Shown here: one piece after another, positions 49,601 to 63,932 of the stretch
Position numbering within the stretch: the first letter of the stretch is position 1
How the letters are laid out: the number at the start of each line of letters is the position of its first letter
NCBI GenBank assembly: GCA_030704615.1
Contig: CM060731.1
Location: 53,630,001-53,694,000, forward strand
Direction: 5' to 3'
DNA length: 64,000 nucleotides
Source of the DNA: Takakia lepidozioides
Taxonomy: Eukaryota; Plantae; Bryophyta
Made by a program: the position numbers and the translations under genes
Notes under the pieces: generated by a model
The model's database searches: none
The model's input: only the letters and a program-made list of their open reading frames with translations
What the model was told of the DNA's origin: nothing

Positions 49601-50666
49601 TTTTCCAGACAAGCTTACTCATTCGCATCCGTCTTTAAACATCAAGACCAAAGATTATTGAATCTGGAGGTGGCAAGGAATCTGAACAATGAGAATTGAA
49701 GGTGAGAAACTGGACATGCAGTAACTTCACAAGGCTATTCAGGTTCGTTCTCCTATTCGCAAAGAATCACTAACTAGGGGAGAAGCAATAAATGGGGATG
49801 GTGGCGTTGTGTAAACACAAAACAGGTTGCACTATAACAGCGGGGTGGCTACAGATGTCAACTCTATTTTCAACATGGTTACAGGCCATGATGCTCAAAA
49901 TGTTTCACCCCTGCATTCTAAAACCAGTAACTAGACCTGCACCATGGTTTCAACCTGGACAACACGGAAAAAAAGCTGTTCGCCTGGGGTCCAATCATCT
50001 CTATTTGGCGTGCTTGGATCATCTCTCTCTGTCTCTCTGTGTCTCTCTTTGCATTTGTTTAGCAAGCTCCTGATAACTCAACCTCATGCTTTCTAATACG
50101 ACGTCAATAGCAACGCCTGCATCAACACTCTTGTCATTGCCTATGGCAATGTACCTGTCAGTTTAGTACATTTAGGAGGGCTGAGAACCCACGACCAGCT
50201 CCCAGCTCCAGGAGGTTTGATACCAACGGTCATGGACATCGTTCAATGAGTCCCTCCCTCTCTCTGGAAGAATGGTCTGAAAACTGACTGTTTATCTCCA
50301 AGCTTACTGAAGGTTACTCAGCCACTTGCATTCCGTGTATACCTCTGAGGACGATGATGAAGAGCTTCTAAGTCTTGGAAACTCAAGGTTGTGGTGACTG
50401 TTCCAAAAGGATAATACAGTCAGCTTTTAGATCATGAGGACGGGAACTCACCGAAAATCTTCCAGTTAAGTCATCCCAAAACCTACCACCAATGTAGATA
50501 TGCAGATTCCCAACCAGGATTCCAATAACGAGACTAAGCTTCCGCTAATGGGAGAGAACGTACTCAGCACGGCGTGCACGTTGTATCCTTGCCGTCATGG
50601 ACCATACGCCCAGCATGCACCAAGCAGGAAGGAGGAGACAGGGAGGCTTTCGTGAAATAGAGCAAA

Positions 50667-51770
50667 TCACTTAAACCCCTGAACTGTAAGGGTTTCAATA
50701 GGACCTTTTCGTAACTGGGCCAGTTTCTCCTCTCCAGCCATGGTGAGCATGCGGGGGTGGGGCACCAGCGCACCTGAAACATCCCCCCACCAGTCTGGGT
50801 TGCTGGTGTACCATTGCATTGTCTTCCGCAGTCCTTCCTCCCAGGTAGTGCGCACCTGCCACCCTAGATCCTTCAGCTTTGCATCATCCAGAAAGTAACG
50901 TTGATCGTTGAAAGGCCGGTTATCCACAAACTGAATCGATTTCTCGCAATCGAAGTTGAACAAATTGCAAATATCTTTTGCAACATCAAGGACACGACGC
51001 TCCTTTTTTGTGCCAATGTTGTACACATGACCAACCTCCCCCTTGTGCAGAACCACCTCAAATGCTTCGGCCACATCTTCACAATATAGATAGCTACGCA
51101 CATTAGAGCCGTCCCCATGTATGGGCAGCGGCTTGCCATGCATGGCTAAAAGAATGAATTTGGGAATAAGCTTCTCCGGAAACTGATTCGGTCCATACAC
51201 ATTATTGCCACGAGTGGTAATGACGGGCAGGCCATACGAGCGGCCATACGCCATCACCAACATCTCCGCCCCTGCCTTGGTGGCTGAGTAAGGATTTGTG
51301 GGAAGCAACTGGGACGCCTCATGGTTTCCAACAATGGCATCGGCCTCCGTCTCCCCATACACCTCATCTGTGCTCACATGGATGAAGCGGCGGATGATGC
51401 CTGTCACCTTGCAAGCCTCCAGCAGCACGTGTGTCCCGTAGATGTTGTTCTTGGTGAACTCGAAGCTGTTGCCGAACGAATTGTCGACGTGAGTCTGTGC
51501 AGCAAAGTGCATGATGGTGTCAATGCCCTCGGTGATGAGCAGGTAATTCACAAGATCCGCACTTGCAATGTCACCCTTGACGAATTTGAAGTTCTTGGAG
51601 GACTTGGAAGGAAACAGATTCTTCAGATTCGAGCAGTAATCCAGCTTATCCAGCACCACAATCTTGTACTGCGGGAAATTACGTATGAGCCGATTGGCCA
51701 CATGCGAAGCGATGAACCCCGCTGCACCCGTTATCAGAATGTTCTTCGGTGTGTACACACATTCCCCCAT
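50667..51770 (-). CDS. RHM: UDP-glucose 4,6-dehydratase (RHM N-terminal domain only)
   Basis: YTPKNILITGAAGFIASHV, HFAAQTHVDNSF, STDEVYG, YSATK, RPFNDQRY; intact single-exon ORF, likely ATG at 51770. Confidence 0.95.
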   Translation of the reverse strand: MGECVYTPKNILITGAAGFIASHVANRLIRNFPQYKIVVLDKLDYCSNLKNLFPSKSSKNFKFVKGDIASADLVNYLLITEGIDTIMHFAAQTHVDNSFGNSFEFTKNNIYGTHVLLEACKVTGIIRRFIHVSTDEVYGETEADAIVGNHEASQLLPTNPYSATKAGAEMLVMAYGRSYGLPVITTRGNNVYGPNQFPEKLIPKFILLAMHGKPLPIHGDGSNVRSYLYCEDVAEAFEVVLHKGEVGHVYNIGTKKERRVLDVAKDICNLFNFDCEKSIQFVDNRPFNDQRYFLDDAKLKDLGWQVRTTWEEGLRKTMQWYTSNPDWWGDVSGALVPHPRMLTMAGEEKLAQLRKGPIETLTVQGFK

Positions 51771-52564
51771 TGCAACTATCAATCAATCTTCACAGATACG
51801 TCGTCTATATCTTCACCTGCTCAAGCAATGTGCAGCGCGATCACAAATCAACATGGAAGCTGCGGTTTTTGAAGAGGAGAGAGAGCGAGCGAGCGCGCTC
51901 TCAATCATGCAGCGCGTTGCGTCGTTGCTACCTTCGCAGCACGCGCGTTTGCTTTTCTATTTATCTATTTAATTTTTTCTTTTAGGTACGTTCGTACGTT
52001 CTGTCCGTATTTTCGAAAACTTGACATTTTTTGAAGTTTACAGGGGAAAAAAACAATCAGTGAAAATCAGTGGGTAACACAGTACAGTGACAGCCTGCTC
52101 CTCGGGCAGGGTTTAATCTTTTCCCATCTGAATAATAATGCGACTAGAGTGTGCCCTATCGGCCCCCAAAATAAATAAATAAAATCAATTAGGTCGGGAA
52201 ATCCGGAAATGCGAAAGGCAATATGCAAACTTTTCATCCAATAATGAGAGCAAATAATGACCTAAAAGACGGGCTAAAGGACGTGGGAGGGCGACACGTT
52301 AGCCCGCGGGGTGGGGAGAGCTCGTATCTGCGGACGTGGGTGTGAGGAAGCAGGCCTGCGAGGAGGCGGTGACGGCTCCAGGTCTGTTGTTCAACTCTTA
52401 CCTCGCCTCGTCTCTCGGTCCTCTGAGGCCTGACATCTTGAGATGCAACGAGGAATTCACCATGAAATGCAATGCGCATTTCGATGATGGGCTTCACTGT
52501 GCAAGCATGTGAATGTACGGAACACAGTGCGTGTCTGAGGCAGCCTCTGAAACACGAGTTCGGT

Positions 52565-54832
52565 CTACTTTTTCTTCTTGGCAGCCGCTTGTTCCAGATG
52601 CTGCATCCTGTCCATCAGGCTCTGTTCCCGGACTTCATACTCGTCTCGCAGCAGTTTGGTGGCCTCGTCAACTCTAACCCTAACAGCATAGTCAAGAGCC
52701 TCCTCCAGGGTTTGAGGCTTCTGCCTGAAAACCTTGCCTTTTTCTTCAGCAGCAGCCTTTCTTTCAGCCTCTAGCCTTTCTGCCTCTTCTGCGGCTGCCG
52801 CCGCCGCCGCAGCAGCAGCCTCTGCTGCCGCTTCAGCTGCTTCTTTTGCTGCCTGCACGACAGATAAACAGGGATCTCAATTGGTTTGGTTACTTGTACA
52901 ACCAAATTAGTGAGAGAGAGTTCTCATGTACGCATTCTTATGTGAATGGAAAAGTGGACCAGAGACCATGTTAATAAGTCTTTATGTGGCGATCTTCACA
53001 CTTTTGTGCCTAAGATAATCTTTGGTTACGGAGTTTTCATCTGAGACTCACCTTTGCCGTGGCTATCTCCTCTGTAGTGGAAGCCTCACTCAAAGGGGCT
53101 ACCATGGGTTCCTCAACCCACACTGTTTCATGGTAGAACCATGTGAGTTTATCACGTGTGAAGCAGTAACTAAAAAGGGTGTAATGCTGAAACACTCTGC
53201 CACCCACAGAAACAAGCCATTAAGTAGAGAAGCCTTAGACAGGAAAACAGTAGTATTGTAGAGAAGAAAGCAATTAAGACTTGTAAAATGACAAACCTCA
53301 AAGGCATCATGGATGCTACAACTGGAGGCAACAGCCCCCCAAAGGATGCCAACTCATTAACCTCAATCTTTGGACTCAAAAAGGAAAAGAGCAGGGGTAC
53401 AGTAGGCACATACGTGGTCATGAAGAAAGGTGCAATCTTTTCAACATCGATACTAGAGAGTTGTGGCACATGATTCCTCCCGTGCAGCTTAACACTCAGC
53501 TTCAAGAGCTGTTGTTTGAACGCATTCTCAGTCTCTTCAAATCTTGCTCCATCTACAAGACTTGTAACAAGTTAATCCACAGACTACCTAGATACTTGTC
53601 ACAGATTCCGCATACGATGACTAGAGTTATTATACTGATAGAAATATTCGACAATTTCCCTCCTGGCAACTTCAACCATCAAGAGAAGATGCTCCTTTGA
53701 TTTTCTAAGTAAGGCAATAATTCTCCGTCCCATAGTGTTCCAAGGGGAAATTCAGGTCCATATGATCCAAAGTAGAATCTCTCCCTGCAAGCTCCAAAAC
53801 AAAATGGTGGAGAATAGAATGTCGAACCAAGGCTTGAACATGGAAGGAGCAAACCTGTAATCATGTCCAGAACTTCATGGCTCAATCTATATACTTGCAA
53901 TGTCTGCTGTACACCCAAGCGAGCTTCCTTCGAAAACCTGGCCAAAATTTCCGAAAATGGGTTTCCGTTTATCCTTCACGTCCAACAGACCAACCTTTAA
54001 GAAACCACAATGTAGGGAACTGCAAGATTGGTGCACGTGGGCTAGACTTCTCAGTTGGCTTGATGCTTCTTGATCTCACATACATCAGATATGGCAGATA
54101 CGACAATTGTTCATTGACACAATAAGCTTACGTCAATGCAGACACATATTGTTAGAATGGTGTAGAAAGAAAGACAAGATTTGCACATGAGGATTCCCAC
54201 AAAATAGTCTACAAGAATCGCATTTCGCCCAGCATACGTGAAGTTCCCCAGTCGAAGCACTTCTCCCACCAAATACCTGCAGGAAGCAAGTCTGGCATAA
54301 AAGTTCCAACTATGTGTCAATACAATAGCTGTCATCTCTCTCTCTCTCTCTCTCTCTGGGAACGGCTTGAGTAATTCTCTCTCTACCACTCGTTCGTGCT
54401 TTCAAGGGTCTCTGTTTATATTTCTTAGAGTGTCCCTCCCTTCTCTGTGCAGCGGTGTCTCTTTTTCTTCCTCGCTCAGATTACAAGACAAATGTAACAT
54501 AAGTTGCGTGAGGTTTAATTTGTCACAGATTCAAATCCAAAACAGCATGCTCCACATATGTATAGCACTGGACAACGGACACAGACAACCCACACAGAGG
54601 GGGAGAGGGATCTTGGGTGGGGGAGGGGGTCGGTGTCAAACTTGATGGCATCTTCTTGTTTGCTTGAATTTTGGAAGAATCCTTTCAGCTGCTCCTCAGA
54701 TAACTCTCTGCTATACTCCCCCTCAGGTAGTGCTTCTGGTTTAGGCTCTGGAACTACTTCAGGCACAATTTCAGGAGCTTTTTTACCTTCGGAAGTTTTT
54801 CCTCCCTTTTCCTCCTGTTTCTTTGGCGCCAT
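52565..54832 (-). CDS. Cilia/flagella-associated CLAMP-domain protein (CFAP119/CCDC189-like), multi-exon
   Basis: Exons MAPKKQEEK..., RNAILVDYFVGILM|FSKEARLGVQQT, SSIDVEKIAPFFMT, VFQHYTLFSYCFT and a coiled-coil end ...AAAKKKK*; GT-AG introns. Confidence 0.65.
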
Positions 54833-55476
54833 TGCTGGTTCATCTCTTTATCCAAACCCAATTGCAGTCTTGTCTGCGGTGGGATCCCAGAAGCCCTAGG
54901 TGGCAAACTAGCAAAAGGATCGAGACTGCATCGCAGCTAGACTCAGGCGCCGATACACACCACACGGCGTGCAGAAATCCTTGAATGTTGCTCCCGCCAC
55001 AAAATTCTGCTGTGACCAGGTCACTGATAAGTGCCCACAGTGTAACCGGGCTACGCCTGGGAACAGTACAGTAACTGCCACCTGATCCTGCTGGTCAAGT
55101 TTCCTGAACTGGGTCTCAAGCTCACTTGAACTGTAGAAATCGGACGTCGTGAATTCACCCTTGTGCATTTGCAACGTCCTCATAAGCTAACCGCTTCGGC
55201 TTAGGAGAACACCGTGCGCACCTAAGACTAAATGCTGGTGCTGATGTAAATGCTGATGAGACAACATGCTAAGGTAGTCACGGGAAATGGATGAGATACA
55301 TGGGCTGCATGGCTGGCTGGAATGATAGTAAAAGAGAAATTTGTTGACGACGACATGACGACGATGATCGATATGCCATGACACGATGCCACATGGTCCT
55401 AGAAAATAGATATGTAGAGTTCTTGACATCCTTCGTACGAAGCTTTGATTTCAGTCTCTGTATGCCCTTCTCCACC

Positions 55477-58400
55477 ATGGCCACAGGAGCAGGACCGGCG
55501 TGCGCTCATCCCCAGGAGATTGCTCTCAGTATTGACGAGAAAGGGAGCAGTCAGGTCCCGAGCATTTCTGTGCTGCGCTCAACGTTGTTTGAGCCTCAAT
55601 CTTCCAGATCGAGGGTGTTCTCAAAGCATCTATCCCCGGAATCCGACACTCGATCTAAAGTTGAAGGCAATCCTGGATCTGACACCTTTGATCCCACCTG
55701 CCGCAACGTCCACGACTATTTTACCCCTTTCCCATCCAGCATTGAATGCATGGATTGAGTCTGTGAAACGTGACATGCTTTTTGAATCCTCTTCAATATT
55801 CGTTCCAAAGGTCAGCCTTTGTTGGTTAGGAGAGTGAATGGCTGAAATAGGGACAAAAGTATAAATGGGCAGGAACGAGGAGGGAGAGAGCTGTAGCGCA
55901 TCAAGGGGACGATAGAGCCAAGAGATTGTTGGGGTTATTTGCATCAGGATAGGAGTAAAACTTCGATTGAGATTGAGGAAACCTTCTAGCTTTCATCTCT
56001 ATGTGGCATCCCCCGTCCATGTGAAATTCGCTCAATCAGCGGACTGTAATACAGCAGTGGTAGACTCATGGGTATCGATTTCTCTGGCAGGGAAGGAGAG
56101 CCAAAGTTCAGAGCCCTGTGGCATCAATCGGGGCAAGTGAGTGGGTGATGTGGATGTGGAGTGGATCCAGACATTCAGGCCTCATGTGCATGGCCTCTGC
56201 ATCTCTAGCCTACACACTCATGGGCGTTCTTGTGGAAATCTTTTCAGGTTTGCATCTTCCCCTTTCGTTCTCTTCTCCCCCATCCCCCATCCCCGATCCT
56301 AGCACCTCCCAACCAGTAGTCCCAGCATGGCTGATCCTTCATAAGGTGTCTGTGATGTCGGTCTGCCACCTTAGTTGGATTAAAATTTGTGAGGGTGAGA
56401 CTGTCATAAGCTGCTTTTTGCAAGTTCCAAAATTGTGAGATAGGTGGCAGGGTGGGCCTAGTTACACTAGAGGTTAGACATTTTCTTATTCCATGGGTGC
56501 AGTGCAAGAGGTTCCAATCTATGAGATGATCTTTGTAAGGTGTGCTGTGGTGTGTATTTCCGCCTCCATAGCATCCAAATGGACAGGGCATTCCTTGTTT
56601 GGGTCACGGACTACGAGGCCTTTGTTGGTGGCAAGGGCCATGTTTGGATTTATTGCACTCTCTGGCTTTCTCTACAGGTGAGAGTGACCCATCCTTCCCT
56701 GTCCAAGTTAGTTTTCATAGCACTTAGATCCCTATTTGCAGTTAGTTCCATACAGCAATAGTCTGTCTCTCTCTCGCCCAAACTCTGCGCGAGGTCTATG
56801 GCCACAAGTCTATGGCAAAGAACGTCTTATGAGTACATTCTCTCTCTCTTCAAATGGGATAGCTATGGAATGTGGCAACAAAGCAGTGCCTACGATGGTC
56901 TAAAAAGTGAATCCTTTTATAATAGTCCTGGTGTGGTTCTTCCACACAGTAGTTATGTGGCGTCTCCACAACTGCAAACTCCTGGTCAGGCACAAATTGT
57001 GCTAGCTGAGCTCCTCTCCCTTTCAACGCATAATGTTGAAAGAAGCAATGGTTGGTTGTATCAGATAGCCTTTGACCGGGCAGCATGTTGCCATGGTCCC
57101 TGCACTTCTATGCGTGTGTGCGTCTGTTGCAGTCTACGGGCACTCCCTCTTCTTGCAGCTTCCTCCCTCAACTTCTCCACGCCGCTCTTCACTGCACTTT
57201 TTGCTACATTCATGCTCCAGGAGCCATGGGGTGGCAAAGATGTTGGAAGTAACCTTTGTTTGTCTCTCTCTCTCTCTCCCTCTCCCTCTTTATGTGGCCA
57301 TAAGGCATGGGAAGGACAGTCTACCGAGTCAACACCCTCTCTCTCTACAAGATCCGGGGCAGATAGTGGTGCCGCTTCAGTGATGATTCCTCCATTGTAA
57401 ATGCCTTAAGCTGTGACAACCCAAAGGGCCTAGTGGTCTACCAATATTAGACATTCTGCCTTCATGCCAGGAATTTTGGTTTTGTGTCTGGTCTTTGTTC
57501 CTTGTGTTCTTTGGTTCTCCTGTGAACAGAATTCTATTGCTCTTGGATGGCAAGATAAGTCTAATCAGTCTCCTCTCTCTCTCTCCCTTCCTCTAGTGAT
57601 ACATTTCATTTTCCTTATCTCTCTCTCTCTCTCTTATCCGTACAACTTCTTTCCAGTTTGTGACATGGGTGAGGACCTTAAGGATGATCTGAAGGGCCTA
57701 ACTACCCTATGCACTAGACTGAAATTTAAACTCAGGCAGGGAGTCTACCTCTGAACAATAAACAGATGCATAGAGGAAACGGAGATTGTCAATGCCGGAT
57801 GTGTGGGCAGCCTGGAGACAATATCCATTTCCTGATACAGCTCCGGGGTATTCTCATCAAAGAGCAACCCTCTTCAGGACCATCAAGAACATAGTCCCTG
57901 CACCTCTATTCACCAACTTTCAATATCTAGAGGCTAGCCTAAAGCCCTGGCTCTGTTACTCAAAAGCCTGAGTCAATTGTTTGTACCAAGGTAAGTCCCA
58001 CTACTGGAGTGAGCCCCTCACAAAGGTAGTGTCTGTTCCCTCTTGTTCTGCCCAAACTAGACGTGGGGTCTATGGCCACATGTTTTTTCGTCTGTGTCTT
58101 CTCATGCCCTAGGATGTGGATGTGGCAGGCTTGGCAGTGGGATTCCTGGGAGCACTCCTTGTCCTCCAGCCTTTTCCTTTCTTTGGAGGTGAGAACTAAC
58201 CCTAAGTTTGGTGTCCATAGGGAAAGTAACCTGAACATGTACAGAGTCCATGATGGTACTGAAGATTTTTGGTGACAGATCAAAATAGGCATGAAGTGAC
58301 CACTTTCTGAAGAGGGACATCAGGTCTACAAAAAAATTCTCATCCTGAGTTATGATACTGGCTAACAGATGATGTTTTTGTAGATCGAGCATTGGACGCA

Positions 58401-59400
58401 GCAATTGAGGCCACCTCTATGGGTGCTTGGACGGGTAGCAATGGGGTAGCAATAGTGGTGACGTTGATGTCTGCAGCGGTTGGAGGGGCTGCTTACTGCT
58501 GTGTCCGAAGCCTTGGCAAGGCTGGCGAACCACCTGAGTAAGTACCAGTTTTGTTCCAAATCGATCCAGGGCTCCGTTTGTGTGTTGTCAATGCCAGTGT
58601 GTGCTTTAACCTTTGGTTTGTTGTTGATAACACTTCCGCCGGCTGTATTTGAGCACAAGAGCGAGCATGAGTTGTGTTCCAGGTAGGCTGAAACCCACGA
58701 CCAGGTCCAGGGGGGCAACTCTCCCACAAAAGTATGCCCAACTGGCATACAATAGATCCCTCCAGTCCCCCAACCGGAAGTGGACGAGGTTTTATGACCA
58801 AAGGCTATGTCAAGCAAAGTCTAATGAGTACAATCTATGTTTCACTGCAGGGTCATTGTTTTCGCCTTTGCAGCTTTCTCTTGTCCAGCAGCAGCACTCT
58901 GTGCACTCTTCCAGGTCAGCAGCATCCTTCCCCTATAAACACACCTCTTTTGTCATGCTTTTGTCATATTTCGAGAACTCCCTTTGGTCGTGGAAACGCG
59001 TAATGAACCCAGTAAAAACATCTTTTAAGGAATCATCTATTCCAAGCAGTTATGAAAAGGACTTTCTTGTCTCATGCTAGTGTTTGAAGATTAAAAAACG
59101 AACAACGCGTAACTTCTAGAGTGGCAAGAATTCAGGTGTTTTTCTCAATTCAGTGACTCTCCTTTGGAGGAAGATATGACTTATAGATGGATGATGTACC
59201 TAACTTTTTATTGATGTTGACTTTGGGAATTTTCACAGGGATTTGTTCGAACGGGATTTGTTGAGCTTATTGGGTTGATAGTAGTGGTCTTGTTGCTTTT
59301 GCAGCCCAGGTGTGGACAAGCACTCCATTCCTCTCATTCTCATTTTGTCTGCTGCTTTCTTTGTTGCCTCCTCCCTTCCCTTCGCCCTTTATCTAGTTCT
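55477..59400 (+). CDS. EamA/DMT-family (SLC35G-like) membrane transporter, multi-exon; ends approximate
   Basis: GLMCMASASLAYTLMGVLV, VPIYEMIFVRC, LLVARAMFGFIAL, LNFSTPLFTALFATFMLQEPWG. Confidence 0.7.
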
Positions 59401-62400
59401 GCCTGCATAAGCCTTTTATATTGGAATGGTGACTGCAGGTACTACTTACCCGAGGATTGCAATTGGAAAAAGCTGGCAAGGCAATGTCTCTTTTCTATAT
59501 TAAGGTGCTCACTTTCTCTCTTTCTTTCCATGGATGTCTCTTTGTCCCTCTCACTGTTTCATGTCAAAAGTCTAGCTTTGCAAGGCCAGATTATACCTTC
59601 CAAAAATGGTTTAAGAGAGTTTGTTGTGGCTTAACAAAGTAGGGAGAGGGTGAGAGGGCTACTCCCAGTTACTGAGCTTTGGATTTGGATAGGGTAGGAG
59701 GGTAGAAGCACACAGTAATGCAAGGAGACAGAGACAGCTGACTGGTTTACATTGATGCGCTGGCAGGTTGCAAGCACATATTTGCTGGACAACTTTTTGT
59801 TGGCCCAACTACCATCACTGTATGCAGTTATAGGTATTGCTCTTATTGGCCTCTCCGCTAGTGGCGCTGTATTCTGGGGCAACGAAAGGAGTTTGGAGTA
59901 GCACTTGTAATTGAATCAGCCAGATTCTTGGCAGGTTTAACTGGATTAGAATGCGATGAGAAATGTATGCGTTGTGTGAGTAACTAGAGAAACAAAGAAA
60001 CTTGTAGAAAACTAGAAAGCCTAAACAGGAAATCATCACCTAGAAAAAAGAGAACCCCTGGTTACTCGTCAGTTCAAGGTGGATGGGAAGTTCACTGCCA
60101 TAAGTGCATCCCTTCTGGCACCTTTGGATGTTCACATTCATGATCAATTCTAAAGATGCTTGCCAAACCTCCATATTATTGTGGCGATTCAAGACACTTT
60201 CAGTTATCTTTCTTGGAGTGAATCAATTTGCAGGGTAACCAACTCTCTGACTTATCAGATTCATCTGGTTAAACTCATCATACATCATACGTCTTTACCG
60301 CGCAAGCATGTCGGTTGAGAGCATATCAGACTGCAGTGAAAATGACACGGCATACAGAATGAGTACAGAACAGGAATATGTCAAGAGATGGGCTGTTGGG
60401 CCGCTTACCGGGAATAAGAAGTGACTTGTGCTGGTGAAGCCATTATGTAATCTTCTCATGCCATTTGACGTTATTTGATTCCAAGCGGACTTCACATTCA
60501 CCACCCGGTCTAGATCTGCTGAGCTTAACTGCTCACACATGGTCATAATAGTTTAGGGGAATGTGTGACAGGTAATGGGCCGGGAGACCTGGTCTGTAGG
60601 TGGTAATCAGGTTTATTAGTGACTTTGGCCCTCATCCTGCCGTATTGTATGCCTGTTTGGGCTGAGATGTAGTACCTTGACATCATAGAGGCTCGAGATT
60701 AAGTCTCACATTAAATCTACTGGACGATTGATGGGGCCTCCCAATGAACGCAGTGCAATCCTGAGACTTCCAGGCACAAGAGGGACATTGTGCAATGAGA
60801 AAACGCCAGGCAGTGCGACAAAAGATTGTGAGGAATAAAAGATTGTTGGCCTGATGAGGTATCGGTGAGTTGATAAGGGAGGCATCCCCCCATGCCTAAA
60901 TGAAGGGAAATGTGCTAGGCTTTGCCTACGCAGTCTACTTGCTGCCCAAAACAATGGGAGTCAAGTATGCATATGAGGTGCCTGTCTCTCTTCTTCAGAG
61001 ATCTCGAGATTACACAAAGACCTGTCCAAAAGGAACCTCTGCAAAAGGATGGGCAATATGGGATCATGAAACCCAGAGGAGGAATGAAGCAAAGAAAACA
61101 TTTCAAACGCAAATGTAGAGTCTACAGTCTCTTTTTTCGTATATATTCGAACTGCCGGAAAAGAGGATTCGAATCTTGTCGGTCTGGTTGTCAGGTTTTC
61201 CTTAGCCCTTAGAGATTCTGTTCATTGGTAGGCCACTGCAAACAACGTATATATGATCACTAGCAGCTGAGTGCCAAGCCTCTGGATCATCAAGGCTGCT
61301 GCTGCAAACATGCAAAATGGACAAGCCTGTTCCTTGACTCCCATCCTTTGCAGCCTGCACTCGCCACACATGATCTCCTCCTCTCCCTCACATTCAAACG
61401 GGAACTTTGCACATCTCTCCAATGTTCGTCAATCGCAGCATGAGGCAACTAGGCGACTGTGCGATCGAAGAGCACTGACGCAGTGACTGACATGTTGCCG
61501 CAAATTGCATCCAACAGTACACAGGACACGTCCACATAAGGAACTCAAGTCAGAGTTGTGCCATGATCACAAATTCGATCGCAGACCTTCCGATTGTTTT
61601 GTCATTTCTGTCTGTGGTTACTTTTTTGTTGTAACCCTGCAAAGTTTTTATTTACAAACTGACATGGTTACTAGTTACTAGGTCATTCCTGTGATTCCAA
61701 AAGAGGGCCTCTCACGAGGGTGTGCTCGCCCTACATGCTCAAGGGATGTCAATGGAGTGTGCCGCATGTGACAAAGATAATGAATCCATCAACTGTCAGT
61801 ATGTATCTTACCTTCCTCTCGATGTCATTCAGGTTATGTCCTCGTTTCTAGTGCACCAGGAACACTGCCAAGTGGGCGAGGCACTTCTTAGCAATTTGAC
61901 TGTTAATAATCACTGTCTTATGGCTGCCAAACGATGGTTTCTCCATGCAGGCCCCAGCAACCAATTAGTTGGAAGAGCTGTCTCTTTACTTTTCAGGGAT
62001 GGTGTAGCAACACCTTGAACAGATCACACTGAAACTAGAACTCGTAATATGTATGACTTCACTCTGAGTTTGCTGGATCAAAAGCTCTCAAGGAGCTTGA
62101 AGAGCTCCAATGAAAGCTTGTCCTTCTGCCAACTGGTCTTGACTTCATATCAACATCATTGGATACATCATTCGAGCATCCCTTTCACTAGGGGGTGTGG
62201 GTTCAAAACCACATAAATCTGTTGAGTGTCATCACCTTCCCATCCGAAGGTCAAGTGACACCATAAGTTACGCCTGCTTTGCCAAGAGTCCACATGTTTG
62301 TATTCAACGGTGGTGGGGCAGCGAGAGTTGAGATCGTGCAGCAAAATCAAAGGCGCACATTAGAAAAGGCCCTGGAGTTTAATGCGAGCCCAAGGTCCTG

Positions 62401-62727
62401 CCTGCGTGGCACCCCTCCTCGCCCCCAGCCGCGCCCCCAGTCTCCCGCGTGGCTCGCGGTCGCCGCGGCCCGGGACCCCCTCGCCCCGCCCTCGCCCCCA
62501 GCCGTGACACATGAATCGCATGATTCATGTGTTGCAACCATCCCATGATGACGGACGGCCTCCCATAACATGAGGCCGCACATAGCCATTGCAGGCCGTA
62601 GGTGATCGCAATCATCATGCTCGCATTCCAGCAGCTGGAGGATTCTTCAAGACGTGTTGTAGAGGTTTTGCAGTGAAGGCTGATATGGGGAAACAATCCA
62701 GCATACGCGAAGCGCGTCGGACGTACG

Positions 62728-63932
62728 TTGGATGGATCTCTGGGAGTGCACCCGTCGAAACTTTTATTACGCTGGATTCTTGCTTCTTCCAATGCTGTGG
62801 TTTCTCAATTGCTTCTACTTCTGGCCTGTATTGCGACACCGAGAAGCGGAGCCTCTCATACGTCCTTGTATGGTTACTTTTCCCCTTGGTACTTGCTTAT
62901 CGTCATTGCCCGTAGTGAGTCCTAGGTTTTGTGGGTCGTTCACTTTTTAGGGTCAGCGCTTGTGGCCCTTGTACTAACTTAGGTTAATTTCAAGTAGTAC
63001 TTTTCGAAGGCCTTGAAGAATTGTTCCTGGAATTGTTTGGTGATAGTTTCTAGCCAGGGTCGAGTTTTGGGAAGATGGCAGTCCGCTCTCGGACATCTGA
63101 CTCAATTCGTAGACGCACAGTGCCTTTCTAGAGCTGCTTGGGTGGTATGTGTGTCGAGGATAGTAGCTTCATGTCTTCATACTACTTTTCTTTTGGATTC
63201 TTTCATGCAGTTCAGAGAATTTCTCATCTTACATCATGCCGCAATCATGGCAGTCTGTGAGACCATATCTCGTTTTTCAACCTGCATTCAGTCGGATCCC
63301 CCACCGTCTGGTATTTTTCAATAAAACTGCCCACACCAGCAGTCCACACATAAGTGCGACTCCAATCTAGAGTTTATGATGTTGGTTGTATACTCAAATG
63401 TCTTTATGGAGTGCATGTAACCAGCATTGCAGACAGGCATGTGAAGGAGAGGTAGAGAGGAGGGACTGGGGGGGGTGGTACAGCTTGAAAGAAACTCTCG
63501 CTTTTCCTATTCAATGTTGTAGTTGACTCATGTGCCTGGGAAAGGTGAATAACAGCCACATCCGGTTTGGTGGAGAGTTGACTGGGAACAGATGTGGTGC
63601 AATTAGGGGTGGGATGCCTTCTCTTTAGTGCGGTCTTTCTCTCCTGGGCCCTTACATTTTTTTTGGGTGGTGAGCACCTATTTGGGTATGCTTGGAAGCA
63701 CATGGCTGTCTATGATGTGGCTGATAAATACGAAATGGTACTGTCCTTGTCCTCCCTGCAAATGTATTCTTCTGTGCATGGTGGGTGTTCTTATTCTCTT
63801 GATAGGCTCATACAATGGCAGATCCTCTCTGTTTTGTTGACTTCTTTTGAACCCCTGTTACTACCCACCTTGCAAATAGCAAGGCTCTTGGCTTCCTCAG
63901 AAACTGGGCCTAGTTATCAGCACATCGGATAA
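62728..63932 (+). CDS. PEN2: Gamma-secretase subunit PEN-2 homolog (two exons; 5' frameshift; 3' end uncertain)
   Basis: DGSLG...FYYAGFLLLPMLWFLNCFYFWPVLRH...IRP|YVVQLGVG...SWALTFFLGGEHLFG...YDVADK. Confidence 0.8.

Noticed and set aside
60180-62600. Possible gene or TE between the EamA gene and PEN2
   Set aside because: Only short ORFs without recognisable motifs; no call can be supported.
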